Shown piece by piece: positions 8,061 through 16,506 of a stretch of 32,000 nt of DNA. The position numbers were made by a program, and so were the translations under genes. Origin of the DNA: Mycolicibacterium smegmatis (GTDB lineage: Bacteria; Actinomycetota; Actinomycetes; Mycobacteriales; Mycobacteriaceae); assembly GCF_001457595.1 (NCBI RefSeq), contig NZ_LN831039.1, positions 5,010,001 to 5,042,000 on the forward strand, given 5' to 3'. A model generated the notes under the pieces. That model did not search any database, was not told where the DNA came from, and saw nothing but the letters and a program-made list of their open reading frames with translations. Position 1 is the first letter of the stretch. Every line of letters starts with the position of its first letter.

Positions 8061-10139
8061 GTGGCCGGTCGTATCGGAATCGACGACGTCGCACCTGTGG
8101 TGTCGTGCGGGCGTTACCCCGCCAAAGCCGTCGTCGGTGAGGTCGTGCCGGTGCGCGCCACGGTGTGGCGCGAGGGGCACGACGCGGTCTCGGCAACCCT
8201 GGTGGTGCGCTACCTGGGCACCGAGTTCCCGCGCCTGGCCTCCGGCCCGGGCACGACGCCTCCCGCGGTTCCGCTGGGCACCGTGGTCCAGCCCGGCAAA
8301 CGGGTCAAACCACAGATCCTGCAGATGTCGAAGGGGCGCACGCCTGATGTGTTCCACGGCGAGTTCACCCCCGACGCCGTCGGGTTGTGGACCTTCCGGG
8401 TGGACGGCTGGGGCGATCCCATCGCGACGTGGCGCCATGCCGTGGAGGCCAAGCTCGAGGCCGGCCAGAGCGAGACCGAGCTGAACAACGATCTGCTGGT
8501 GGGCGCGCGTCTGCTGATGCGCGCGGCCGAGGGCGTGCCGCGCAAACTGCGCGACCCCCTGCTGGAGGCCGCGCAGCAGTTGCGCACCCCCGGGGACCCC
8601 TACCAGCGGGCCGGTGGGGCACTGTCGCCCGAGGTCGCCGACCTGCTGCTGCAGTACCCGCTGCGTGAGTTCGTCACGCGCGGCGAGGTGCACGGCGTGT
8701 GGGTGGACCGTCCGCTCGCGCGGTTCAGTTCGTGGTACGAGATGTTCCCGCGTTCGACCGGCGGGTGGGACGAGAACGGCCACCCCGTGCACGGCACGTT
8801 CGCGACCGCTGCCGCGGCGCTCCCCCGCATCGCCCGTATGGGTTTCAACGTCGTCTACCTGCCGCCCATCCACCCCATCGGCAAGGTGCACCGCAAGGGC
8901 CGCAACAACTCGGTGACGGCCGCGCCCGGCGACGTCGGGTCGCCGTGGGCGATCGGCAGCGACGAGGGCGGTCACGACGCCGTGCACCCCGACCTGGGCA
9001 CGATCGACGATTTCGACGCGTTCGTGGCGGCCGCGCGCGACGCCGGGCTCGAGGTGGCACTGGACCTCGCGCTGCAGTGCGCGCCGGATCATCCGTGGGC
9101 CAAGGAGCATCCCGAGTGGTTCACGGTGCTGCCCGACGGCACCATCGCCTACGCCGAGAACCCGCCCAAGAAGTACCAGGACATCTATCCGCTGAACTTC
9201 GACAACGACCCCGACGGTCTGTTCCACGAGGTGCTGCGGGTGGTCAAGTTCTGGATCTCCCACGGGGTCAAGGTGTTCCGCGTCGACAATCCGCACACCA
9301 AGCCGCCGAACTTCTGGGCGTGGCTGATCGCCGAGGTCAAGAACGAAGACCCTGACATCCTGTTCCTGTCCGAGGCGTTCACACGGCCCGCGCGGTTGTA
9401 CGGCTTGGCGAAACTCGGCTTCACGCAGTCCTATACGTACTTCACGTGGCGCACCGCCAAGTGGGAGCTCACCGAGTTCGGCGAGGAGATCGCCAAGTAC
9501 GCCGACCACGCACGCCCCAACCTGTGGGTCAACACCCCCGACATCCTGCACGAGTCGCTGCAGCACGGCGGGCCGGGCATGTTCGCGATCCGCGCTGTGC
9601 TCGCGTCGACCATGAGCTCGTCGTGGGGCGTGTACTCCGGCTACGAACTGTTCGAGCACCGGTCCGTGCGCGAGGGCAGCGAGGAGTACCTGGATTCGGA
9701 GAAGTACGAACTGCGGCCGCGCGACTTCGACGGCGCGCTCGCCAGAGGCGAATCCCTTGAGCCGTTCCTCACCCGGCTCAACGAGATCCGGCGGCTGCAC
9801 CCCGCGCTGCGCCAGTTGCGCACCATCAAGTTCCACCACCTCGACAACGACGCGCTGCTGGCCTACAGCAAGTTCGACCCGGTCACCGGTGACACCGTGC
9901 TGGTGGTTGTGACGCTCAACCCGTTCGGGCCCGAGGAGTCCACTTTGTGGTTGGACATGGAGGCACTGGGTATGGAGCCCTATGACCGGTTCTGGGTCCG
10001 CGACGAGATCACGGGTGAGGAATATCAGTGGGGACAGTCCAATTACGTGCGCATCGAACCCGCCAAGGCGGTGGCGCATGTGCTGAACATGCCACTCATA
10101 CCGTACGAGAAACGACTCGACTTGCTACGCAGGGAATGA
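8061..10139 (+). CDS. glgE: alpha-1,4-glucan:maltose-1-phosphate maltosyltransferase
   Basis: [29 protein letters not shown]... is near-identical to M. tuberculosis GlgE (Rv1327c) as recalled, with GH13 catalytic blocks ([18 protein letters not shown]). GTG 8061 has GAGGAG (8049-8054) 6 nt upstream. The ORF could also start at GTG 8046, which has no SD. Confidence 0.9.
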
Positions 10140-10146
10140 GGGCGAG

Positions 10147-12357
10147 ATGACGAGAAGCAGCAATCAACTCACCGACGCACATCTGCGGCCGGACCCGTCC
10201 GACATCCATCGCCTGCTGGCCGGTGAGCACCACGACCCGCATTCCGTGCTCGGTGCGCACGAGTACCCCGGCCACACCGTGATCCGTGCCTTCCGTCCGC
10301 ACGCGGTCAAGGTCACCGCGGTCATCGGCGGTGAGCGCCACGTGATGCAGCATCTGGAATCCGGGTTGTTCGCGGTCGCGGTGCCGTTCACCAACCTCAT
10401 CGACTACCGCCTGGAGATCGACTACCCCGGCGTCGGCGACGCCGTCGTCACACACACCACGGCCGACGCCTACCGGTTCCTGCCGACGCTGGGCGAGCTC
10501 GACCTGCACCTGTTCGCCGAGGGCCGCCACGAGCGGCTGTGGGAGATCCTCGGCGCGCACCGGCGCACCTTCACCACGGCCGACGGCCCGGTGTCGGGGG
10601 TGTCGTTCGCGGTGTGGGCGCCCAACGCCAAGGGCGTCAGCCTGATCGGCGAGTTCAACCACTGGGGCGGCAACGACGCCCCCATGCGCGTGCTCGGGTC
10701 CTCGGGTGTCTGGGAGCTGTTCTGGCCGGGCTTCCCGCCCGACGGGCTGTACAAGTTCCGCGTGCACGGCGCCGACGGTTCGGTGACCGACCGTGCCGAC
10801 CCGATGGCGTTCGCCACCGAGGTCCCGCCGCACACCGCATCGCGGGTCACCGAGAGCACCTACGAGTGGCACGACGAGGACTGGATGACGCGCCGCGCGA
10901 GCCTCAACCCAGTCTTCGAGCCGATGAGCACCCTCGAGGTGCACCTGCTGTCGTGGCGGCCCGGGCTCACCTACCGCCAACTCGCCACCGAGCTCACCGA
11001 ATACGTTGTGGAACAGGGTTTCACGCACGTCGAGATGCTGCCGGTCGCCGAGCATCCGTTCGGCGGGTCGTGGGGCTACCAGGTCACGTCGTACTACGCC
11101 CCCACGTCGCGCCTGGGGACGCCCGACGATTTCCGGTATCTGGTCGACGCGCTGCACCAGGCGGGGATCGGCGTCATCGTCGACTGGGTGCCCGCGCACT
11201 TCCCCAAGGACGCCTGGGCGCTCGGACGGTTCGACGGGACCGCGCTCTACGAGCATTCCGACCCGCGCCGCGGCGAGCAACTCGACTGGGGCACCTACGT
11301 TTTCGACTTCGGCAGGCCCGAGGTCCGCAACTTCCTGGTGGCCAACGCACTGTACTGGCTGCAGGAGTTCCACATCGACGGCCTGCGGGTCGACGCCGTG
11401 GCATCCATGCTGTACCTGGACTATTCACGCCCCGAAGGCGGGTGGACACCCAACCAGTACGGCGGCCGCGAGAACCTCGAGGCCGTGCAGTTCCTGCAGG
11501 AGATGAACGCCACGGTGCACAAGGTGGCGCCCGGCATCGTGACCGTGGCCGAGGAGTCCACGTCGTGGCCCGGCGTCACCAGGCCGACCAACCTTGGCGG
11601 CCTTGGCTTCTCGATGAAGTGGAACATGGGCTGGATGAACGACACGCTGGCCTACATCAGCCGTGACCCCATCTACCGCAGCTACCACCACCACGAGATG
11701 ACGTTCTCGATGCTGTACGCCTACAGCGAGAACTACGTGCTGCCCATCAGCCACGACGAGGTGGTGCACGGCAAGGGCACGCTGTGGAGCCGCATGCCCG
11801 GCGGCGACCACGAGAAGGCCGCGGGCCTGCGCAGCCTGCTGGCCTACCAGTGGGCGCATCCCGGCAAGCAACTGCTGTTCATGGGCCAGGAGTTCGGCCA
11901 GCGCGCCGAGTGGTCCGAGGAACGCGGGCTGGACTGGTACCAACTCGACGAGCAGAGCTTCTCCACCGGCGTGCAGAACCTGGTGCGCGACCTCAACGCC
12001 ATCTACCGCAGCCGACCCGCCCTGTGGAGCCGCGACACCAGCCCCGAGGGCTACTCGTGGATCGACGCCAACGACTCGGCCAACAACGTGCTGAGCTTTT
12101 TGCGCTTCGGCAACGACGGTTCGATGCTCGCGTGCGTCATCAACTTCGCGGGCTCCGAGCACAGCCAGTACCGGCTGGGCCTGCCCCACGCCGGCACGTG
12201 GCGTGAGGTGCTCAACACCGACGCCGACATCTACAACGGCTCGGGCATCGGCAACTACGGTGCCGTCGAGGCCACCGACGAACCCTGGCACGGCAGGCCG
12301 GCCTCGGCCGTCATGGTGCTGCCGCCGCTGTCGATGCTCTGGTTCGAGCCGGCTTAG
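10147..12357 (+). CDS. glgB: 1,4-alpha-glucan branching enzyme
   Basis: 736 aa. N-terminus ...[17 protein letters not shown] and GH13 blocks ([35 protein letters not shown]) are typical of GlgB. It starts 7 nt after the glgE stop, so it is in the same operon. Confidence 0.95.
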
Positions 12358-13244
12358 TACAGGGCGTTGGCGAGATTGCGGCGCCCGGCGATCACCTCGG
12401 GATCTGCCGGGTCGAACAGCTCGAAGAGCTCGATGAGCCGCGTGCGCACCTTGGTGCGGTCATCGCCCGCCGTGCGCTTGATGAGCGCGATGAGCCGGTC
12501 GAAGGCCGCACTGACCTGCTGCGCGAGGATCTCGACGTCGGCCGCCGCGAAAGCCGCCTCGATGTCGTCGGGTGCCGCGTCGGCCACCTCGACCGCGTCG
12601 GGCCGCTGCGCGGTGGCGCGCTGCAGGAAACCGATCTGGCGGACGGCGCCCTTGGCCTCGGGGTGATTGGGCTGGGCTTCGAGGATCGCCTCGTAGGCCT
12701 TGAGCGCCTCGTCGAAGTTGCCCTGGTCGAGGTGGGCACGCGCCTGGGCGAGCGCGGGATCGACCTGCTCGGCCTCTTCTCCGCTGCCGGACAGCTTGCC
12801 TGCCGTCGCCTCGAGCAGCGAGTCGACCCAGCGGCGGAGCTGTTCGGGCGGTTGCGGGCCCTGGAAGCTCGCGATGGGCTGGCCACCGGCGAGCGCGACG
12901 ACCGTCGGCACTGCCTGGATACCGAACATCTGCGCGATGCGCGGCGTGGTGTCGACGTTCACCGCGGCCAGCGACCACTTGCCGCCGTCGGCGGATGCCA
13001 GATCCGCGAAGGTCTCGGTGAGCTGGGCACTGGCGTCACTGCGCGGCGACCACAGCACCACCACGACCGGGACCTGCCCGGAGCGGACGAGGACTTCTGC
13101 TTCGAAATTCGCTTCGGTGACCTCTGTGACGTTCGGGCCGCCGGGGGCGGGAGCCGCCTCGCCGCTCGCGGCAGGCCGCTTGAGTGCCGAGAGGTCAACA
13201 GCACCGGCCAGCGCCGGACCGATGGAAGGACGTGGACGAGTCAC
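12354..13244 (-). CDS. thioredoxin-fold plus TPR protein lacking the CxxC motif (YbbN/CnoX-like; Rv1324 homologue)
   Basis: From GTG 13244 the protein reads (M)[21 protein letters not shown], as in M. tuberculosis Rv1324 as recalled. The Trx-fold region [16 protein letters not shown] has SPRS where thioredoxins have CGPC. The C-terminal half is TPR-like ([23 protein letters not shown]). The ORF-track start 13295 would overlap the upstream gene. Confidence 0.75.
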
Positions 13245-13257
13245 GCCTCCAAGTCTG

Positions 13258-13641
13258 TCACGTCGTTTCCGGTGCGGGGCCGCCCGGTTGCACACCGATC
13301 GCCGCGGCCGCGGGGGTTCCGATCTTGCCGGTGCGGTCGGCCCACATGATGAAGATCACACTGCCCAGTGGCACGATGCTCGCCAGCAACGCCAGACCCC
13401 ACGTGACGACCGACCATTTGAAAGCGAGGCCGACGAGGACCGCGACAGCCAGGAAAGCCACGAACACACCGCCGTGGACGGGGCCGAAAACCTTCACCCC
13501 GATCTCGGTGCGCGGTGAGCCCAGGTACTTGAAATACATCCCGACCAGCAGGCCTGCCCAGCTGACGGCCTCGGCGAGGCCGATGAGACGAAACCAGCCG
13601 GGGATCGAGCGCAAGTCGAAAGAACTCGTCATGAGCGCCAT
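13258..13641 (-). CDS. small integral membrane protein, DUF3817 family
   Basis: 127 aa with four hydrophobic segments (LIGLAEAVSWAGLLVGMYF, GPVHGGVFVAFLAVAVLVGL, VVTWGLALLASIVPLGSVIFIMW). Codon bias is coding-like. The start could be ATG 13641 or ATG 13632. Confidence 0.65.
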   Translation of the reverse strand: MALMTSSFDLRSIPGWFRLIGLAEAVSWAGLLVGMYFKYLGSPRTEIGVKVFGPVHGGVFVAFLAVAVLVGLAFKWSVVTWGLALLASIVPLGSVIFIMWADRTGKIGTPAAAAIGVQPGGPAPETT

Positions 13642-13698
13642 TGTGCCCGACCCGCCGGCCAGCTACTACAACGTGTCGTTGATTGTGTCCGGGCTCTC

Positions 13699-14877
13699 TC
13701 AGCGACGCAGGACCAGGGCGTCGCCCTGACCGCCGGCACCGCACAGGGCCGCGACCGCGTACCCGGAACCGCGGCGCGCGAGCTCGAGCGCGGCGTGCAG
13801 CGCGATGCGCGCACCGGACATGCCGATCGGGTGGCCGATGGCGATGGCGCCACCGTTGACGTTCACCTTGGCCGGGTCGACGCCGAGTTCCTTGGTCGAG
13901 GCGAGCGCGACGGCCGCGAACGCCTCGTTGATCTCGATGACATCGAGCTGATCGACCGTGATGCCCTCGCGCGTGATGGCCTTCTTGATCGCGTTGGCCG
14001 GCTGCGACTGCAGCGTCGAGTCGGGGCCGGCGACGACGCCGTGCGCGCCGATCTCGGCGAGCCAGGTCAGACCCAGCTCCTCGGCCTTGGCCTTGTTCAT
14101 CACGATCACGGCGGCAGCCCCGTCGGAGATCTGCGACGCCGAACCGGCCGTGATGGTGCCGTCCTTGCGGAACGCGGGCTTCAGCCCCGCGAGCGACTCG
14201 GCGGTGGTGTTGGCGCGGATGCCCTCGTCCTCGGCGAACTCGATCGGGTCACCCTTGCGCTGCGGGATGGACACCGGAACGACCTCGTCGGCGAAGACGC
14301 CGTCCTTCCACGCCGCGGCGGCCTTCTGGTGCGACTGCGCGGCGTACTCGTCCTGCTCGGCGCGCGTGAACTTGTCGACATCGTTGCGCTGCTCGGTGAG
14401 CGCACCCATGGGCTGATCGGTGAACACGTCGTGCAGACCGTCGTAGGCGAGGTGATCGACCAGGGTGGCGTCGCCGTACTTGTAGCCCTCGCGGCTCTTG
14501 GGCAACAGGTGCGGGGCCTGGCTCATCGATTCCTGGCCACCTGCGACGATGACGTCGAATTCACCAGCGCGGATCAACTGGTCGGCGAGTGCGATCGCGT
14601 CGATGCCCGACAGGCACATCTTGTTGATGCTCAGCGCAGCGACATCCCACGGGATACCGGCGGCCACCGCGGCCTGACGCGCGGGCATCTGGCCCGCGCC
14701 CGCCGTGAGCACCTGACCCATGATCACGTACTCCACCATCGATGCAGGTACGTTGGCCTTTTCGAGAGCCGCGCGGATCGCGATGGCGCCAAGATCGGTG
14801 CCGGAGAAATCCTTGAGCGAACCCATCAACTTACCGACTGGTGTACGCGCTCCAGCAACGATCACCGACGTGGTCAT
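13699..14877 (-). CDS. fadA4: acetyl-CoA C-acetyltransferase (thiolase II)
   Basis: From ATG 14877 the protein reads [26 protein letters not shown]. Thiolase active-site regions [15 protein letters not shown] and [12 protein letters not shown] are present. GGGGAGG SD at 14891-14885 lies 7 nt upstream. The upstream 19 codons of the ORF track are discounted. Synteny matches Rv1323. Confidence 0.9.
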   Translation of the reverse strand: MTTSVIVAGARTPVGKLMGSLKDFSGTDLGAIAIRAALEKANVPASMVEYVIMGQVLTAGAGQMPARQAAVAAGIPWDVAALSINKMCLSGIDAIALADQLIRAGEFDVIVAGGQESMSQAPHLLPKSREGYKYGDATLVDHLAYDGLHDVFTDQPMGALTEQRNDVDKFTRAEQDEYAAQSHQKAAAAWKDGVFADEVVPVSIPQRKGDPIEFAEDEGIRANTTAESLAGLKPAFRKDGTITAGSASQISDGAAAVIVMNKAKAEELGLTWLAEIGAHGVVAGPDSTLQSQPANAIKKAITREGITVDQLDVIEINEAFAAVALASTKELGVDPAKVNVNGGAIAIGHPIGMSGARIALHAALELARRGSGYAVAALCGAGGQGDALVLRR

Positions 14878-14893
14878 ATTCGAACCTCCCCAA

Positions 14894-14929
14894 ATAGCTG
14901 TGTTAACGATGATTAACCGGCACAGCTGT
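14894..14929. promoter_or_regulatory. inverted repeat (9-bp arms, 1 mismatch, 18-bp spacer) in the fadA4/epimerase divergent region; candidate operator
   Basis: ATAGCTGTG (14894-14902) and CACAGCTGT (14921-14929) flank TTAACGATGATTAACCGG. Together with G14902 the spacer itself reads GTTAA-N6-TTAAC. The element lies 17-52 nt upstream of the fadA4 start and 43-78 nt upstream of the epimerase start. Confidence 0.45.
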
Positions 14930-14971
14930 CTCACGGAAGGTGCTGTGGGAAATCACACAGGAGTAAAAAGT

Positions 14972-15469
14972 ATGCCTTCAGGTTACCTTTACGTTATGAC
15001 CACGGAGCACGTTGACGCCCGTCCGGCGCTGGCCAGCGCACTGGTGACCGCAATCGACCATGTCGGCATCGCGGTGCCGGACCTCGACGCAGCGGCCAAG
15101 TGGTACCACGATCACCTCGGCATGATCGTGCTGCACGAGGAGATCAACGAGGAGCAGGGCGTGCGTGAGGCCATGCTGTCGGTCCGCGGCGCGCCCAAGG
15201 GCAGCGCGCAGATCCAGTTGCTCGCCCCGATCGACGAGAAATCGACGATCGCCAAGTTCATCGACACCCGCGGCCCGGGCCTGCAGCAGCTCGCCTACCG
15301 CACCAGCGACATCGACGCCCTGTCCGACCGCCTGCGCGCCGACGGCGTGCGTCTGCTGTACGACGCACCCAAGCGTGGCACCGCGAACTCGCGCATCAAC
15401 TTCATCCACCCCAAGGATGCCGGTGGTGTGCTGATCGAGCTGGTCGAGCCCAGCCCCGAAGAGCACTGA
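14972..15469 (+). CDS. methylmalonyl-CoA epimerase (VOC/glyoxalase-fold)
   Basis: ATG 14972 has AGGAG (14959-14963) 8 nt upstream. IDHVGIAVPDLDAAAKWYHDHLGM ... QQLAYRTSDIDA ... FIHPKDAGGVLIELVE is the typical epimerase pattern. ATG 14996 is an alternative start. The upstream part of ORF 14720.. overlaps fadA4 and is discounted. Confidence 0.8.
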   Translation: MPSGYLYVMTTEHVDARPALASALVTAIDHVGIAVPDLDAAAKWYHDHLGMIVLHEEINEEQGVREAMLSVRGAPKGSAQIQLLAPIDEKSTIAKFIDTRGPGLQQLAYRTSDIDALSDRLRADGVRLLYDAPKRGTANSRINFIHPKDAGGVLIELVEPSPEEH

Positions 15470-15476
15470 CGAACAT

Positions 15477-15502
15477 CCGCAGGTGGTCAGGACCACCTGC
15501 GG
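15477..15502. terminator. perfect 12-bp-arm palindrome between convergent genes; likely bidirectional terminator hairpin
   Basis: CCGCAGGTGGTC-AG-GACCACCTGCGG. It starts 8 nt after the epimerase stop and covers the stop and last codons of the Rv1322-like gene. There is no clear U-tract, as is common for mycobacterial terminators. Confidence 0.55.
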
Positions 15503-15786
15503 GTCGGCCCGCGGTTGTCCCGATTGGCCCAGCACGGCGTATGCCAGTGCCTGCGGTCCTCCACACCTGAGGCGGATCCCGTCGGCCACACCACGACATG
15601 GGCCGTGCCCGACCGGATCTCGTGATCACACCCCGGGCACCGGTAGGTCTTGGTCGCACGCGACGCAGTGACCTGTCGCACCTCGTAGTCGTAGCCGTCC
15701 GGTCCGGTCTCCACACGGCGCGACGTCAGCGACGGCGGCAGCGGTGGTGGCGTCTGCCGCCATTTGTCCCTACGCCGGCGCGCCAT
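15487..15786 (-). CDS. conserved hypothetical zinc-ribbon protein (Rv1322 family)
   Basis: 99 aa from ATG 15786: [20 protein letters not shown]...YRCPGCDHEI...RRHWHTPCWANR. The ATG shares one base with the nucS TGA (TGATG). The position after nucS matches Rv1321-Rv1322. The upstream 21 codons in the ORF track overlap nucS and are discounted. Confidence 0.7.
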   Translation of the reverse strand: MARRRRDKWRQTPPPLPPSLTSRRVETGPDGYDYEVRQVTASRATKTYRCPGCDHEIRSGTAHVVVWPTGSASGVEDRRHWHTPCWANRDNRGPTRRWS

Positions 15787-16469
15787 CAGAAGAGCCGGTA
15801 CTCGTCGCTGTCCATTCCGCGCATCTGGTCGTAATCGAGTGTCACACAACGGATTCCACGGTCAGTGGCGAGCGTGCGGGCCTGCGGTTTGATCTGCTGC
15901 GCGGCGAACACACCTGCCACCGGCGCGAGCAACGAGTCGCGGTTGAGCAGTTCCAGGTAGCGCGTCAGCTGTTCGACGCCGTCGATCTCGCCGCGGCGCT
16001 TGATCTCCACGGCGACCGAACGGCCCAGCTCGTCGCGGCACAACAGGTCGACGGGCCCGATCGGGGTCGGATACTCGCGGCGCACGAGTGTGTAACCGGC
16101 GCCGAGCAGCTCGACGTGTTCGGCCAGCAACGCCTGCAGATGGGCCTCGACGCCGTCCTTCACCAGGCCCGGATCCACGCCGAGCTCGTGGTGCGAATCA
16201 TGCTCGATGTCCTCGACCGTGATGCGCAGTTGCTCGCCGGTCTTGTTCTCCACGACCCACAGCGCCACACCGGTTTCGGTGTCCTGTTCGGTGACCCAGC
16301 ACGGCGGGCTCATCCAGTTCAACGGCTTGTAGGCGCGGTCGTCGGCGTGCACGCTGACGGACCCGTCGGCCTTGAACAGCAGCAACCGGCGGGCAGAGGG
16401 CAGATGAGCGGTGAGCCGGCCGACGTAGTCGACGGTGCACTGGGCTATCACGAGGCGCACCCGATCCAC
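15786..16469 (-). CDS. nucS: endonuclease NucS (EndoMS), mismatch-specific nuclease
   Basis: (M)[52 protein letters not shown] is near-identical to M. tuberculosis NucS (Rv1321) as recalled. RecB-like nuclease core GPVDLLCRD...VAVEIKRRG is present. The start is GTG 16469 or GTG 16460 (see findings). Confidence 0.92.
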   Translation of the reverse strand: MDRVRLVIAQCTVDYVGRLTAHLPSARRLLLFKADGSVSVHADDRAYKPLNWMSPPCWVTEQDTETGVALWVVENKTGEQLRITVEDIEHDSHHELGVDPGLVKDGVEAHLQALLAEHVELLGAGYTLVRREYPTPIGPVDLLCRDELGRSVAVEIKRRGEIDGVEQLTRYLELLNRDSLLAPVAGVFAAQQIKPQARTLATDRGIRCVTLDYDQMRGMDSDEYRLF

Positions 16470-16506
16470 CTTAAAGGCACCGCCGACGAACTAGGCTGGC
16501 GCCACA

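Noticed and set aside
14878-14892. GGTTCGAAT (tRNA T-loop-like) on the minus strand
   Set aside because: The flanking bases cannot form a T-stem (GGAGG against ATGAC), and no acceptor or anticodon arms are present. The G-run is the fadA4 Shine-Dalgarno sequence.
14944-14957. TGTG-N6-CACA palindrome upstream of the epimerase, considered as a Crp/cAMP site because a cyclase is nearby
   Set aside because: Crp-family sites have TGTGA-N6-TCACA, i.e. 8 nt between TGTG and CACA. The spacing here is 2 nt too short. It remains a minor unexplained palindrome.
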